64,000 bases of DNA from an uncultured Lentisphaeraceae bacterium (GTDB lineage: Bacteria; Verrucomicrobiota; Kiritimatiellia; RFP12; UBA1067), in assembly GCA_964636295.1 (NCBI GenBank), contig CAZWQY010000001.1:92447-156446 (forward strand). Direction: 5' to 3'. A program made the position numbers and the translations under genes. The notes under the pieces are model-generated. The model was given only the letters and a program-made list of their open reading frames with translations. It was not told the DNA's origin and did not search any database. This document shows, piece by piece, positions 8,827 through 16,888 of this stretch. The first letter of the stretch is position 1. Every line of letters starts with the position of its first letter.

Positions 8827-9306
8827 ATGAAAAACACATTGCCACCTATTGAAACCCCTGCCGATGCCGCCGCGCTGATTCGCGCGGCGTTGCCGAAGGT
8901 GCAGAAGGAAGAACGGGTGTTCGTCCTTCCGCTCGATTCCCACGGAAAGGTTCTCGCCCAGCCAATTCTTGTTTCCGTCGGACACGAAGACGGCACGACG
9001 GCAATTGACGCAGGAGTGATTTTCCGCGAAGCCCTGAAGGCGGGCGCGGAAGAAATCATCGTCGCCCACAACCATCCGTCAGGAAACCTGACACCCAGCA
9101 AGGCCGACCTCACCGCAACTAGGGAATTGAAATCCCTCTCAGCGCGACTGGGTGTCATCCTCCTCGATCACCTTGTAATCGGGGCAGGAGAAGAGGGAAA
9201 CTTCCTTTCCCTTGCCGAATGGAACGTGCTGACTCGTTCTTCGTCCTCGTCGGGACGGTCATGCAATTGTTCCCACCGCGTTGACAGAGCCTTTGAAAAA
9301 ATGTAA
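8827..9306 (+). CDS. RadC-like JAB/MPN-domain protein (short stand-alone form)
   Basis: HNHPSGNLTPSKADLTATRELKSLSARLGVILLDHLVIG is the JAMM/RadC motif. The preferred start is MKNTLPP after the ribosome-binding site AAGGGGTGAAAGG. The ORF-track start at 8800 overlaps the HNH gene. Confidence 0.75.
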   Translation: MKNTLPPIETPADAAALIRAALPKVQKEERVFVLPLDSHGKVLAQPILVSVGHEDGTTAIDAGVIFREALKAGAEEIIVAHNHPSGNLTPSKADLTATRELKSLSARLGVILLDHLVIGAGEEGNFLSLAEWNVLTRSSSSSGRSCNCSHRVDRAFEKM

Positions 9307-9336
9307 CATACCCATGTTTTCGTTTTTGGGGAAACT

Positions 9337-10305
9337 ATGAAATTAACCGTCACGCAGGTCAAGAACTACCTGAATCGGCTGGGCATCAGCACGACCGATG
9401 GCGGAGCTGTCGACTTGCGAACCGCCCTTCCTCTCAACATCGCCGGGAGATACGATGCCGTTCGCGCAAAGGTGTCTGACGAAGAATGTATCGTTCTGTT
9501 TCCCCGACATGAGGACTTGTCTCCCGACGACATTGCTGCACACAACACCGCCATTCGCAACGCCATGCTCATCCGACCCGTGTTCTCGTTCTCCCGGCTC
9601 GACAGGGAATTCGCCGCGCGGCTCAAGACGGCAAAGGTCGCGTATGTCGTCCCGTCTAGGCAGGCGTTCGTGCCGCCCTATGCAATACTGGAATCTGATC
9701 GCGCATATGCAGATGACGAGAAACCCCTTGGAACTCGCCTCGCCCCCTGGGCGCAGGTCGTCCTGCTGGACTGTCTCCTGCACGAACAGATGCCAGGAGT
9801 CGTGTGGTTTTCAACGCTTCGCGCCCGCCTGAATATTTCGCCTGTCAATCTGTCGCGCGCGGCAAGGGAGCTTGAACGCCGCAATCTCGCACGGACAATC
9901 CGCCCTGGACGAGACGGTGGAATCGAATTCTCCATCGACAAAAGGCGGGTCTGGGACAAGGCTTCGCCCGTGTCCGCCTCGCCCGTTCGCAACCGGATGC
10001 GGGTCATGACAAAACTCAACTCCGCCGTCAAGGCTGGCGTTACCGCTCTTGCCGAATATTCGGACATTGCCGACGACACCTTCCCAACCTTTGCGCTTCC
10101 AGCACGTGAAGCGAAGAAGATCCCTGCGGCGAAGATACACCGCTATGGCGGGGATGTCGTTGAGTCATGGCGCTACGACCCACGGCTTCTCAATGACGGC
10201 AAGGAATTGGTCGACCCGCTGTCACTCTGCCTTTCCTTAAAAGAATCTTCCGACCCCCGCATCCAAATCGCAACCGAACGGCTCTTGGAGAGAACGCTAT
10301 GGTAA
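9337..10305 (+). CDS. hypothetical protein with winged-helix-like segment; putative AbiEi-like partner of downstream nucleotidyltransferase
   Basis: 322-aa protein in the low-GC island. The segment NISPVNLSRAARELERRNLARTIRPGRDGG resembles a wHTH recognition helix. The stop overlaps the next gene's ATG (ATGGTAA), a TA-like coupling. Confidence 0.55.
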   Translation: MKLTVTQVKNYLNRLGISTTDGGAVDLRTALPLNIAGRYDAVRAKVSDEECIVLFPRHEDLSPDDIAAHNTAIRNAMLIRPVFSFSRLDREFAARLKTAKVAYVVPSRQAFVPPYAILESDRAYADDEKPLGTRLAPWAQVVLLDCLLHEQMPGVVWFSTLRARLNISPVNLSRAARELERRNLARTIRPGRDGGIEFSIDKRRVWDKASPVSASPVRNRMRVMTKLNSAVKAGVTALAEYSDIADDTFPTFALPAREAKKIPAAKIHRYGGDVVESWRYDPRLLNDGKELVDPLSLCLSLKESSDPRIQIATERLLERTLW

Positions 10306-11072
10306 GGGGATTCGACAAGTTCAAGCAGTTCTTCGCGCCACATTCTGATTCGTTCATCGTCATCGAAGGAACGGCCATGCAACTTCATGGACAGGAGGGA
10401 GTCCGCGTTCCAAGGGTGACGCAAGACATTGACCTTCTCGTCATCGTCGAGAAGATGTCAGTATCCTTCACAGCCGCCTTCCACGCATTCCTGCGCGAAG
10501 GTCTCTACGACTGCTACATGGCAAAAGGGACGAACGGCGTGAACAGTCCGAGGTTTTACCGCTTCATCAATCCAAAGAACGCGGCATTTCCAATAAGAAT
10601 AGAGCTTCTGTCTTCACCTCCGATCCCCCCGCCCGAAGGGATGCGCTATATGTCTCTTCCCGACGAACCTGACGACAGCATGAGCGCCATCGTTCTCGAC
10701 AGAACATACTACGACTTTGCCCGAGCCAACACGATTGTAATCAACGATCTGCCCTGTCTCAATCGTGATGCCCTCATGGTATTCAAAGCCGTCGCCTACC
10801 TAAACCTGGTAGAGGAATACGAGAAGACTGGCAACCGTCTGCGGTATCATGACTCGAAAAAGCACCGTAAGGATGTACTAACGCTTGCCGGAGACGTTCC
10901 GCCGGGTGAAGTCGTGGCCGTTCCCAATGAAATAGCAGAACAGCTACGCTCATTCGCATCATCCATAGAATCCAACCGCATCGAGTGGCAAGGCATTCTT
11001 GACTCGCTCAACGATCCGACCGGCAACTTAGAAGACTACCTCCTTGCCTTCAAGCGTCACTTCGCGCTCTAA
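10299..11072 (+). CDS. nucleotidyltransferase-fold protein, AbiEii/DUF1814-like (type IV TA / abortive infection toxin family)
   Basis: N-terminal IVIEGTAMQLHGQEGVRVPRVTQDIDLLV matches the hG[GS]x...DxD minimal-NTase motif as in AbiEii (GGTAL...R.S.DIDL). 257 aa, translationally coupled to the upstream gene. Confidence 0.6.
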   Translation: MVRGFDKFKQFFAPHSDSFIVIEGTAMQLHGQEGVRVPRVTQDIDLLVIVEKMSVSFTAAFHAFLREGLYDCYMAKGTNGVNSPRFYRFINPKNAAFPIRIELLSSPPIPPPEGMRYMSLPDEPDDSMSAIVLDRTYYDFARANTIVINDLPCLNRDALMVFKAVAYLNLVEEYEKTGNRLRYHDSKKHRKDVLTLAGDVPPGEVVAVPNEIAEQLRSFASSIESNRIEWQGILDSLNDPTGNLEDYLLAFKRHFAL

Positions 11073-11108
11073 AGAAAAATCTGCGCAAATTCAAAAGAAA
11101 TCTCTGAA

Positions 11109-11975
11109 ATGAAACATCAAAAGAAGCACAAAGCCCCGGGATACGCCGATTTGTTCCTTGACACGCTCAAGGTCATTGCAAGTCACGGCGGGTCGGCCTC
11201 AAATGAAGAAATTCACGATGGTGTCGTTGAGCGGCGCAAGTTCTCGGATGATGTCGTTGACGAACTTCACCTCGGTAGCACGACGACAACTGAACTGTAC
11301 TATCAGCTTGCGTGGGCACGAACCTATCTTCGCAAGAATGGCCTCATCCTCCGCAGCAAGAACGGAGTGTGGGCATTGACAAAGTCAGGGGCTGAAGCAA
11401 GTAAGTTGGATTCAATCGACAAGACTGCGATTGTCAAAGCGGCTGTTGTGAGCAAAAAGGACGAAGCCGCCGACAATCCACTTGAAACCGAGGAACGCCG
11501 TCCGTGGCGCGAGTCACTTTCGGAAGTTATTCACAACATGAATCCCTACGCTTTTGAAATCCTTGCTCAACGGCTCTTGCGCGAATGCGGATTCCTTGAC
11601 GTCTACGTAACAAAGAAATCGGGAGACGGCGGCATTGACGGGATGGGCAAACTGCGGCTCAACGGTATTTTCAGTTTTAACGTCGCCTTTCAGTGCAAAC
11701 GCTACAAGGGCCAAGTTGGCGCGTCGGAAATCAGAGATTTCAGAGGTTCACTTGACAACAATATCGAAAAAGGCGTCCTCATAACAACAGGAACATTCTC
11801 CAAGGCGGCGAAAGAAGAGGCTTCCGCTCCGGGGAAAAAGCAAATCGACCTTATGGACGGCAATGGTTTCATGGACAAACTCGCCGAATACAGGATTGGG
11901 CTTACGCCTCGAACCGAATATGACATAGACGAGGAATACTTTTCTTCGATTTCCGCCGAAACAGAGGGAATGTAA
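11109..11975 (+). CDS. mrr: Mrr-like type IV (modification-dependent) restriction endonuclease
   Basis: N-terminal Mrr_N winged helix. C-terminal catalytic region FEILAQRLLRECGFLDVYVTKKSGDGGIDGMGKL...AFQCKRYKGQVGASEIRDFRGSL matches the Mrr_cat PD-(D/E)xK pattern. Confidence 0.85.
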   Translation: MKHQKKHKAPGYADLFLDTLKVIASHGGSASNEEIHDGVVERRKFSDDVVDELHLGSTTTTELYYQLAWARTYLRKNGLILRSKNGVWALTKSGAEASKLDSIDKTAIVKAAVVSKKDEAADNPLETEERRPWRESLSEVIHNMNPYAFEILAQRLLRECGFLDVYVTKKSGDGGIDGMGKLRLNGIFSFNVAFQCKRYKGQVGASEIRDFRGSLDNNIEKGVLITTGTFSKAAKEEASAPGKKQIDLMDGNGFMDKLAEYRIGLTPRTEYDIDEEYFSSISAETEGM

Positions 11976-11978
11976 AAT

Positions 11979-13178
11979 ATGGACTACCTTCTTCAAAAAC
12001 TGCTGCTCGTTTTGACGCCGATTCTGTTTGCCGCAGATCTCGTGCAGAGCGTCTTCTACCTACGCGAAGCCGATGTGCGCGAACGCGGCGACCATCTGTC
12101 GCACACGGTCTATTACGCCTGCTTCGGCCTCTTCTTCGCCGCCATGATCTTCGCGCTCCTTGCGCCATCGCTTCCGCTCATGTGGGTGGCCATCGAACTG
12201 ACAACGCTCGTCTCCGCGCCACTCATCGCCTACCACCGCACGAAAGAGTCGCTGGAGGCCATGTGGAAATACCTCCTCATCTGCTCGATCGGCATTGGCC
12301 TCGCGCTCTTCGGCACAATGCTCGTCCTCCACGCGCAAACGACGGGCCGCGTCGCCTGGTTCAAGGCAGGTTTCGCCTTCATCCTCGCAGGCTACGGCAC
12401 GAAGACGGGCCTCGCGCCCTTCCACACATGGCTGCCCGACGCCCACTCCGAAGCCCCCGCGCCCGTCTCCGCGCTTCTTTCGGGCGCACTCCTCAACTGC
12501 TCGCTCTTCGCCATCGTCCGCTTCCGCGAAGCCATGCCCACCGCCGTCGCGCCCTTCTGCGACCACGCCATGCTCGCGCTCGGTCTCCTCTCCGTCGCGA
12601 CGGCGGCTGTCTTCATGGTTCGCCAGACGGACTACAAGCGTCTGCTCGCCTACTCCTCCGTCGAACACATGGGCCTCGCGACGGCTCTCTTCGCCCTTGT
12701 CGGCCTCCTCTTTGACGGACGACCGCAGACGAATCTCCTGCAACTCGCCCTGCTTGTGCACATCGCCGTCCACTCGCTCACGAAGACGCTCCTCTTCCAG
12801 ACGGCCGGCAACCTGCTCCTCGCGTTCGGCACACGCGCAATCGCCGCCGTCCAAGGCCTCGGCGTCTCGATGAAGGGTCATGCCGCCCTCTGGATCGTCG
12901 GTCTCCTCTTCATCTGCGGGATGCCACCGTCCGCCCTCTTCCTCTCCGAACTCGGCCTCGTCTGCACCGCGCCCGTGTGGATTTCCGCAACCGTCCTCGT
13001 ACTTCTCTTCATCGTCTTCGCCGCCATGATGAAAGTCGCGCTCGCGATGACGATGGGCCGTCCCGCGAACCTACCCGCGAACCTGCCGAAACGGCTCGTT
13101 GCCGTGCCGACCTTCCTCGCCGTCGTGCTGACCGTCGGCGGCCTCGCGCTCACCGTCATGCTTGCACACGCCGTCTAG
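11979..13178 (+). CDS. NuoL/M/N-MnhD-family antiporter-like membrane subunit (Ech/Ehr/hydrogenase-4-type)
   Basis: 399-aa polytopic protein with the FHTWLPDAHSEAPAPVSALLSGALLNCSLFAIVRF antiporter-subunit signature. Confidence 0.8.
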   Translation: MDYLLQKLLLVLTPILFAADLVQSVFYLREADVRERGDHLSHTVYYACFGLFFAAMIFALLAPSLPLMWVAIELTTLVSAPLIAYHRTKESLEAMWKYLLICSIGIGLALFGTMLVLHAQTTGRVAWFKAGFAFILAGYGTKTGLAPFHTWLPDAHSEAPAPVSALLSGALLNCSLFAIVRFREAMPTAVAPFCDHAMLALGLLSVATAAVFMVRQTDYKRLLAYSSVEHMGLATALFALVGLLFDGRPQTNLLQLALLVHIAVHSLTKTLLFQTAGNLLLAFGTRAIAAVQGLGVSMKGHAALWIVGLLFICGMPPSALFLSELGLVCTAPVWISATVLVLLFIVFAAMMKVALAMTMGRPANLPANLPKRLVAVPTFLAVVLTVGGLALTVMLAHAV

Positions 13179-13246
13179 ACGAACCACCCCATTTCCGCCG
13201 CCCTTCTCCACGCATAAGCCGCACCGCACATTCTCCACAACCATGA

Positions 13247-14409
13247 TTGAAACACACGCTTTTGAATCGGCCGCAGAGGCCCAATCCTTCCTGGACGCGC
13301 TCGGCGGCTACGCCGAACCGCCCGCCGTCGCGCCCCTCAAGGGCGAAGCCGCGCATGAAGTCGCCGTCGGACCCGTCCATGCCGGCGTCATCGAGCCGGG
13401 CCACTTCCGCTTCCAGTGCGTCGGCGAGAACGTCTACAACCTGCAGATTTTCCTCGGCTACCAGCATCGCGGCGTCGAGGACGCCATCGTGCAGGCGGAC
13501 GGACATTTGCCGCGCCAAATCGCCCTCGCCGAAACGTGCGCCGGTGACACGTCCATCGCCGCCGCAACCGCGTTCGCCGAACTCATCGAAGCCCGCGACG
13601 GCCTTCGCGTCTCGGTGTCTGACCGCGCCCTGCGGCGTCTGCTCCTCGAACTCGAACGCATCGCCAACCATGTCGGCGACCTCGGCGCACTCGCGGGCGA
13701 CGTCGCGTTCCTGCCGACGGCCTCGTTCTGCGGCCGCATCCGGGGCGACTACCTGAATCTGACGGCCCTCGTCTGCGGCAACCGCTTCGGACGCCACGCC
13801 GTCGTGCCCGGCGGGCTGCGCGTCGCGTTGACGGACGCAACACGCGCCAAACTACTCGTCGGCCTGCGCACGGCGAAGAAAGATCTGGATGCCGCGCTCA
13901 AGCTGATGTTCGAGTCACCCAGCGTCTGCGACCGCCTGGACGGCACGGGCGTCGTCCCGAAAGACGTCGCGGCACAGCTCGGTCTCGTCGGCGTCGCCCG
14001 CCGCGCCTCCGACGAACTGAACGGCGACGTTCTCGCCCGCGCCCTCATTCGCCGCAAGGAAATCGAAGAGGCGCACGAACAGATATTCGCGTTGCTGGAA
14101 GACAAAAACCTGTGGACGGAAGACAACGGACACGAAACAACGGAAGGAGGTTCGGCGACAGCCGTCCCGTTGCACACGATCCCGAAAGCCCCCTTCACAG
14201 CGATTGTCGCGACAGTCGCCGCCTGGCGCGGGCCGCTCGTCCACGCGGCGGTCTTCGCCGCCGACGGCACGATGCGCGGCTACAAGATCGTCGATCCCTC
14301 CGCACACAACTGGCAGGGCCTTGCCTGGGTGCTACGCGGCGAACAGATCTCGAACTTTCCAATCTGCAACAAGTCGTTCAACCTGTCGTATTGTGGTACG
14401 GACAGATAG
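13247..14409 (+). CDS. NuoD/[NiFe]-hydrogenase large-subunit-like protein with degenerate Ni-Fe site (Ehr/NuoD-like)
   Basis: GPVHAGVIEPGHFRFQCVGENVYNLQIFLGYQHRGVEDAI matches NuoD/HycE (GPQHP...EPxHFR). There is no N-terminal RxCGxC motif. The C-terminus KIVDPSAHNWQGL...NLSYCGTDR keeps only one Cys of the DPCxxCxxR motif. The 13162 TTG start in the track is rejected in favour of the ATG at 13247. Confidence 0.8.
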
Positions 14410-14418
14410 GGAAGGTAG

Positions 14419-14443
14419 AGGGTTTGGTGGTTTGGAGGTTTGG
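14419..14443 (+). repeat. three tandem GGTTTGG units (potential two-tetrad G-quadruplex) in the large-subunit/small-subunit spacer
   Basis: agGGTTTGGtGGTTTGGaGGTTTGGaag on the coding strand, 36 nt upstream of the ATG at 14479. A similar triplet lies at 54904-54930. Confidence 0.5.
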
Positions 14444-14478
14444 AAGTTAGAAAGTTAAAGACTGGAGATTGAAATCTT

Positions 14479-15240
14479 ATGATCAAGGCATTGATGGCAC
14501 GGATACGGCAGGGATTCCGAACGGGCGCATTCCCGACACACGCGGGGCCCAACCTGCCGCCGGACTTTCGCGGACGGCCCGCGCTTGACGCACGTCTCAC
14601 GGCGGACGACCTCGCGCGCGCGAAGGCCGTCTGTCCCGTCGCAGACGCGCTCGGCTTCGACGCGGACGGCGCATTCCTCGACATGGGTCGCTGCACGTTC
14701 TGCGGTCGCTGCGCCGAGGCTTGTCCCGGCAAGATCCGCTTCACGAAGGAATACCGCCTCGGCGTCTTCACGCGCGCCGCGCTCCTCGTCCGCGCGGGCG
14801 AAGCCCCCTACGAGCCGCCGCGCCAGACGAACCCGGAGGCTCGTGCGCTCCAGCACTCCTTCCAGGTACGCGAAGTCTCGGCCGGCGGCTGCGCCGCGTG
14901 TGAACTCGACGCGAACGTCCTGGGCACGCTCGCGTGGGACATGGGACGCTTCGGCATCCGGTTCGCCGCCTCGCCGCGCCATGCGGACGCCATCTACCTG
15001 ACAGGCTCTGTCTCGAAGAACATGCAACTCGCGCTCGACAAGACTTTTGCCGCCGCGCCCGAGCCGAAGTTCCTGATTGCCGCCGGCGCGTGCGCCATTT
15101 CCGGTGGACTCTACGCGCACGGCACGTTGCCGGCCGAACCCGCGCTCTTCATCCCCGGCTGTCCGCCCCACCCGGCGACGACGCTCGAAGCCCTCCTGCG
15201 CTTCACAGGGCGCGAAACGTTTGCCCAACAGGCCGTCTAG
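14479..15240 (+). CDS. fusion of a 4Fe-4S ferredoxin-like domain (HycF/NuoI-like) with a NuoB/HycG-type hydrogenase small subunit
   Basis: N-terminal CPVADALGFDADGAFLDMGRCTFCGRCAEACP (CxxCxxCxxxCP). C-terminal GGCAACELD (CxxCxxE as in group-4 small subunits), RFGIRFAASPRHADAIYLTGSVSKNM, AAGACAISGG and GCPPHP, the four proximal-cluster cysteines. Confidence 0.8.
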   Translation: MIKALMARIRQGFRTGAFPTHAGPNLPPDFRGRPALDARLTADDLARAKAVCPVADALGFDADGAFLDMGRCTFCGRCAEACPGKIRFTKEYRLGVFTRAALLVRAGEAPYEPPRQTNPEARALQHSFQVREVSAGGCAACELDANVLGTLAWDMGRFGIRFAASPRHADAIYLTGSVSKNMQLALDKTFAAAPEPKFLIAAGACAISGGLYAHGTLPAEPALFIPGCPPHPATTLEALLRFTGRETFAQQAV

Positions 15241-15252
15241 CCTCCGCTAGAC
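15235..15252. terminator. short hairpin between convergent genes (weak bidirectional terminator candidate)
   Basis: GTCTAG-cctccg-CTAGAC forms a 6-bp stem immediately after the small-subunit stop and the exonuclease stop. There is no clear U-tract. Confidence 0.25.
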
Positions 15253-15720
15253 CAGCGCAAGAAAGAGGGCGAGCTGCGCACAGGCGACGGCATCGTAAAG
15301 GCCGTCATGCCATGTGCGCCCGTCAATCTGCGGCACGCAGCCAAACATCGCGCAGAGGTCGCCCAGCGCGTAGGAGGGCAGGCGCGGATAGCGCGCCTTG
15401 GCGAGCTTCAGCGTATCGACCCACGGGCCCCACTTCGTCAAGGGGGCTGTGCGCGTCAGAATTGTCCGTTCACAGGCAATGTTGTGCGCGACCAAGCGCC
15501 GTCCCGCCAGCAGGGGAAACCAGGTTTCGAACGAACTCTGAAGCGTCCCAAGCGCGTCTTGTTCATGCGCCCGCGCGGGCGCGCCCTCGACATCGAAGAA
15601 AAACTCGCGCGTCTCGACAATCACGCCGTCCCGAACGGTCGCAAGGCCCAACTGCCACGGCTCGTTCGCGTTTCCGCCCTCGTAGCCGGTCGTCTCGAAG
15701 TCAATCGCAACGAATTCCAT
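15247..15720 (-). CDS. DnaQ-like DEDDh 3'-5' exonuclease
   Basis: Exo I motif AIDFETTG, Exo II motif VAHNIACERT, and Exo III motif WHDGLYDAVAC (H-x4-D). 157 aa. Confidence 0.8.
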   Translation of the reverse strand: MEFVAIDFETTGYEGGNANEPWQLGLATVRDGVIVETREFFFDVEGAPARAHEQDALGTLQSSFETWFPLLAGRRLVAHNIACERTILTRTAPLTKWGPWVDTLKLAKARYPRLPSYALGDLCAMFGCVPQIDGRTWHDGLYDAVACAQLALFLALV

Positions 15721-15736
15721 CGCTTGCTTCGACGTG

Positions 15737-16849
15737 TCAGAGACGCTGAAGGACGTTTCGAATCGAACGTTCGCGCGCCTCGACCGACTCGCACAGGCGG
15801 AACTGGACGCGCGCGCGGTTCAGGTTCTGTTCGGGCGTCTTCGTCTTGAAGTAGACGTTTCCGTTCAGATAGTCTTGGAAGAATCGAAGCCCCAGCTCGA
15901 ACGGCAGAAGCCGAATCGAATCATAGAGATACGCTCGGTCGGCATCCGTCAGGAACGCCCCCGCCTCGCGCATGTAGCCCTTGCAGAACGCCGTGCACAG
16001 GTCTTCGTCGAAGACGACCTTCGCGAGGTTCGTCTCCTCCTCGCCCGCCGGATTGCAGATCGAGCGGAGCGCATCGCCAAAGTCCAGGTGAATCAGGCCG
16101 GGGCTCACCGTGTCGAGATCGATCATCGCCGTTCCCTTCCCCGTCACGTCGTCGATCATGATGTTGTTCACCTTCGGGTCGCCGTGGAACATACGCTTCC
16201 GCAGTTCGCCCCTCGCCAGCGCCTTTTCCAGGCAGAGCGCGAGGTCGCGCCGCTCCTCGATGAACTTCGCAAGCCGCTTCGCCTCCATCGAACTCTTCAG
16301 AAGCTCCTGCGCAGCTGCCGTCTCAAGCGTCTTGTCATAGGCACGGAGATAGCCAGACGTGATGTGGAAGCCCGGCAAGGGATCGGCAATCGACTTCGGA
16401 TCCATGTCGGAGACGAGATAGTGGAAGTGTCCGAGCGTGGCCCCGCACTCCATCGCGTGTTCCGGTCCTTGCGCGACGTCAAAGGCATGGGCGGACATGA
16501 TGCGCGTGATGACGCGCCAAACCTCACCCTTCTCGTCGATGACGTAGTCCCGCGCGTCCTTCGCCTTGACGATGCGCGGCATCTGCCAGACGCGGTCGTC
16601 GTTCCCCTTCGCGGCATCGTCCTCAAGCTTCTCGTGGCAATGCTTGGTGATCGCGTGCATGTTCGCCATGATCACTTCGGGACGCGGAAAGACGTTGCGA
16701 TTCACGCGCTGCAGAATGACCTGCGTCTCGGTGAACGTGTTGCGGTAGATCGCGAGGAACGTGTCGTTGATGTTGCCGTTCCCAAAGGGCTGCAAGGCGA
16801 CGAGCCGCCCCTTGATGCTAAACTTGTTGATGAGGATCGAGAGTTCCAT
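15737..16849 (-). CDS. APH/ChoK-family phosphotransferase (N-acetylhexosamine-1-kinase-like)
   Basis: FGNGNINDTF nucleotide-binding motif, catalytic HGDPKVNNIM, and IDLDTVSPGLIHLDFGDA (DFG-like). Confidence 0.7.
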   Translation of the reverse strand: MELSILINKFSIKGRLVALQPFGNGNINDTFLAIYRNTFTETQVILQRVNRNVFPRPEVIMANMHAITKHCHEKLEDDAAKGNDDRVWQMPRIVKAKDARDYVIDEKGEVWRVITRIMSAHAFDVAQGPEHAMECGATLGHFHYLVSDMDPKSIADPLPGFHITSGYLRAYDKTLETAAAQELLKSSMEAKRLAKFIEERRDLALCLEKALARGELRKRMFHGDPKVNNIMIDDVTGKGTAMIDLDTVSPGLIHLDFGDALRSICNPAGEEETNLAKVVFDEDLCTAFCKGYMREAGAFLTDADRAYLYDSIRLLPFELGLRFFQDYLNGNVYFKTKTPEQNLNRARVQFRLCESVEARERSIRNVLQRL

Positions 16850-16888
16850 GCGTGAACAGTCCTTTCCGTCTTCGTTGTTGTCGGTTGG

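Larger units (their letters stand above)
4320..11975. mobile_element. lower-GC defense/accessory island (XRE, ORF6N, Type II R-M, RadC-like, AbiE-like pair, Mrr); no integrase seen
   Basis: GC content drops from ~68% in flanking genes to ~50% by eye. All genes are on the plus strand, unlike the minus-strand flanking genes. The content is typical defense-island cargo. The region borders the 5' side of tRNA-Thr and abuts the Ech-like membrane gene at 11979. Confidence 0.5.

Noticed and set aside
4225-11975. Classical tRNA-3'-end integration of the defense island at tRNA-Thr
   Set aside because: The island lies on the 5' (promoter) side of the minus-strand tRNA. No integrase is present, and I found no direct repeat of the tRNA 3' end at 11.9 kb.
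13162-13246. ORF-track 5' extension of the large-subunit-like gene (TTG start at 13162, overlapping the membrane subunit gene)
   Set aside because: The extension is Pro/Thr-rich with no similarity to NuoD N-termini. The ATG at 13247 gives a sensible N-terminus.
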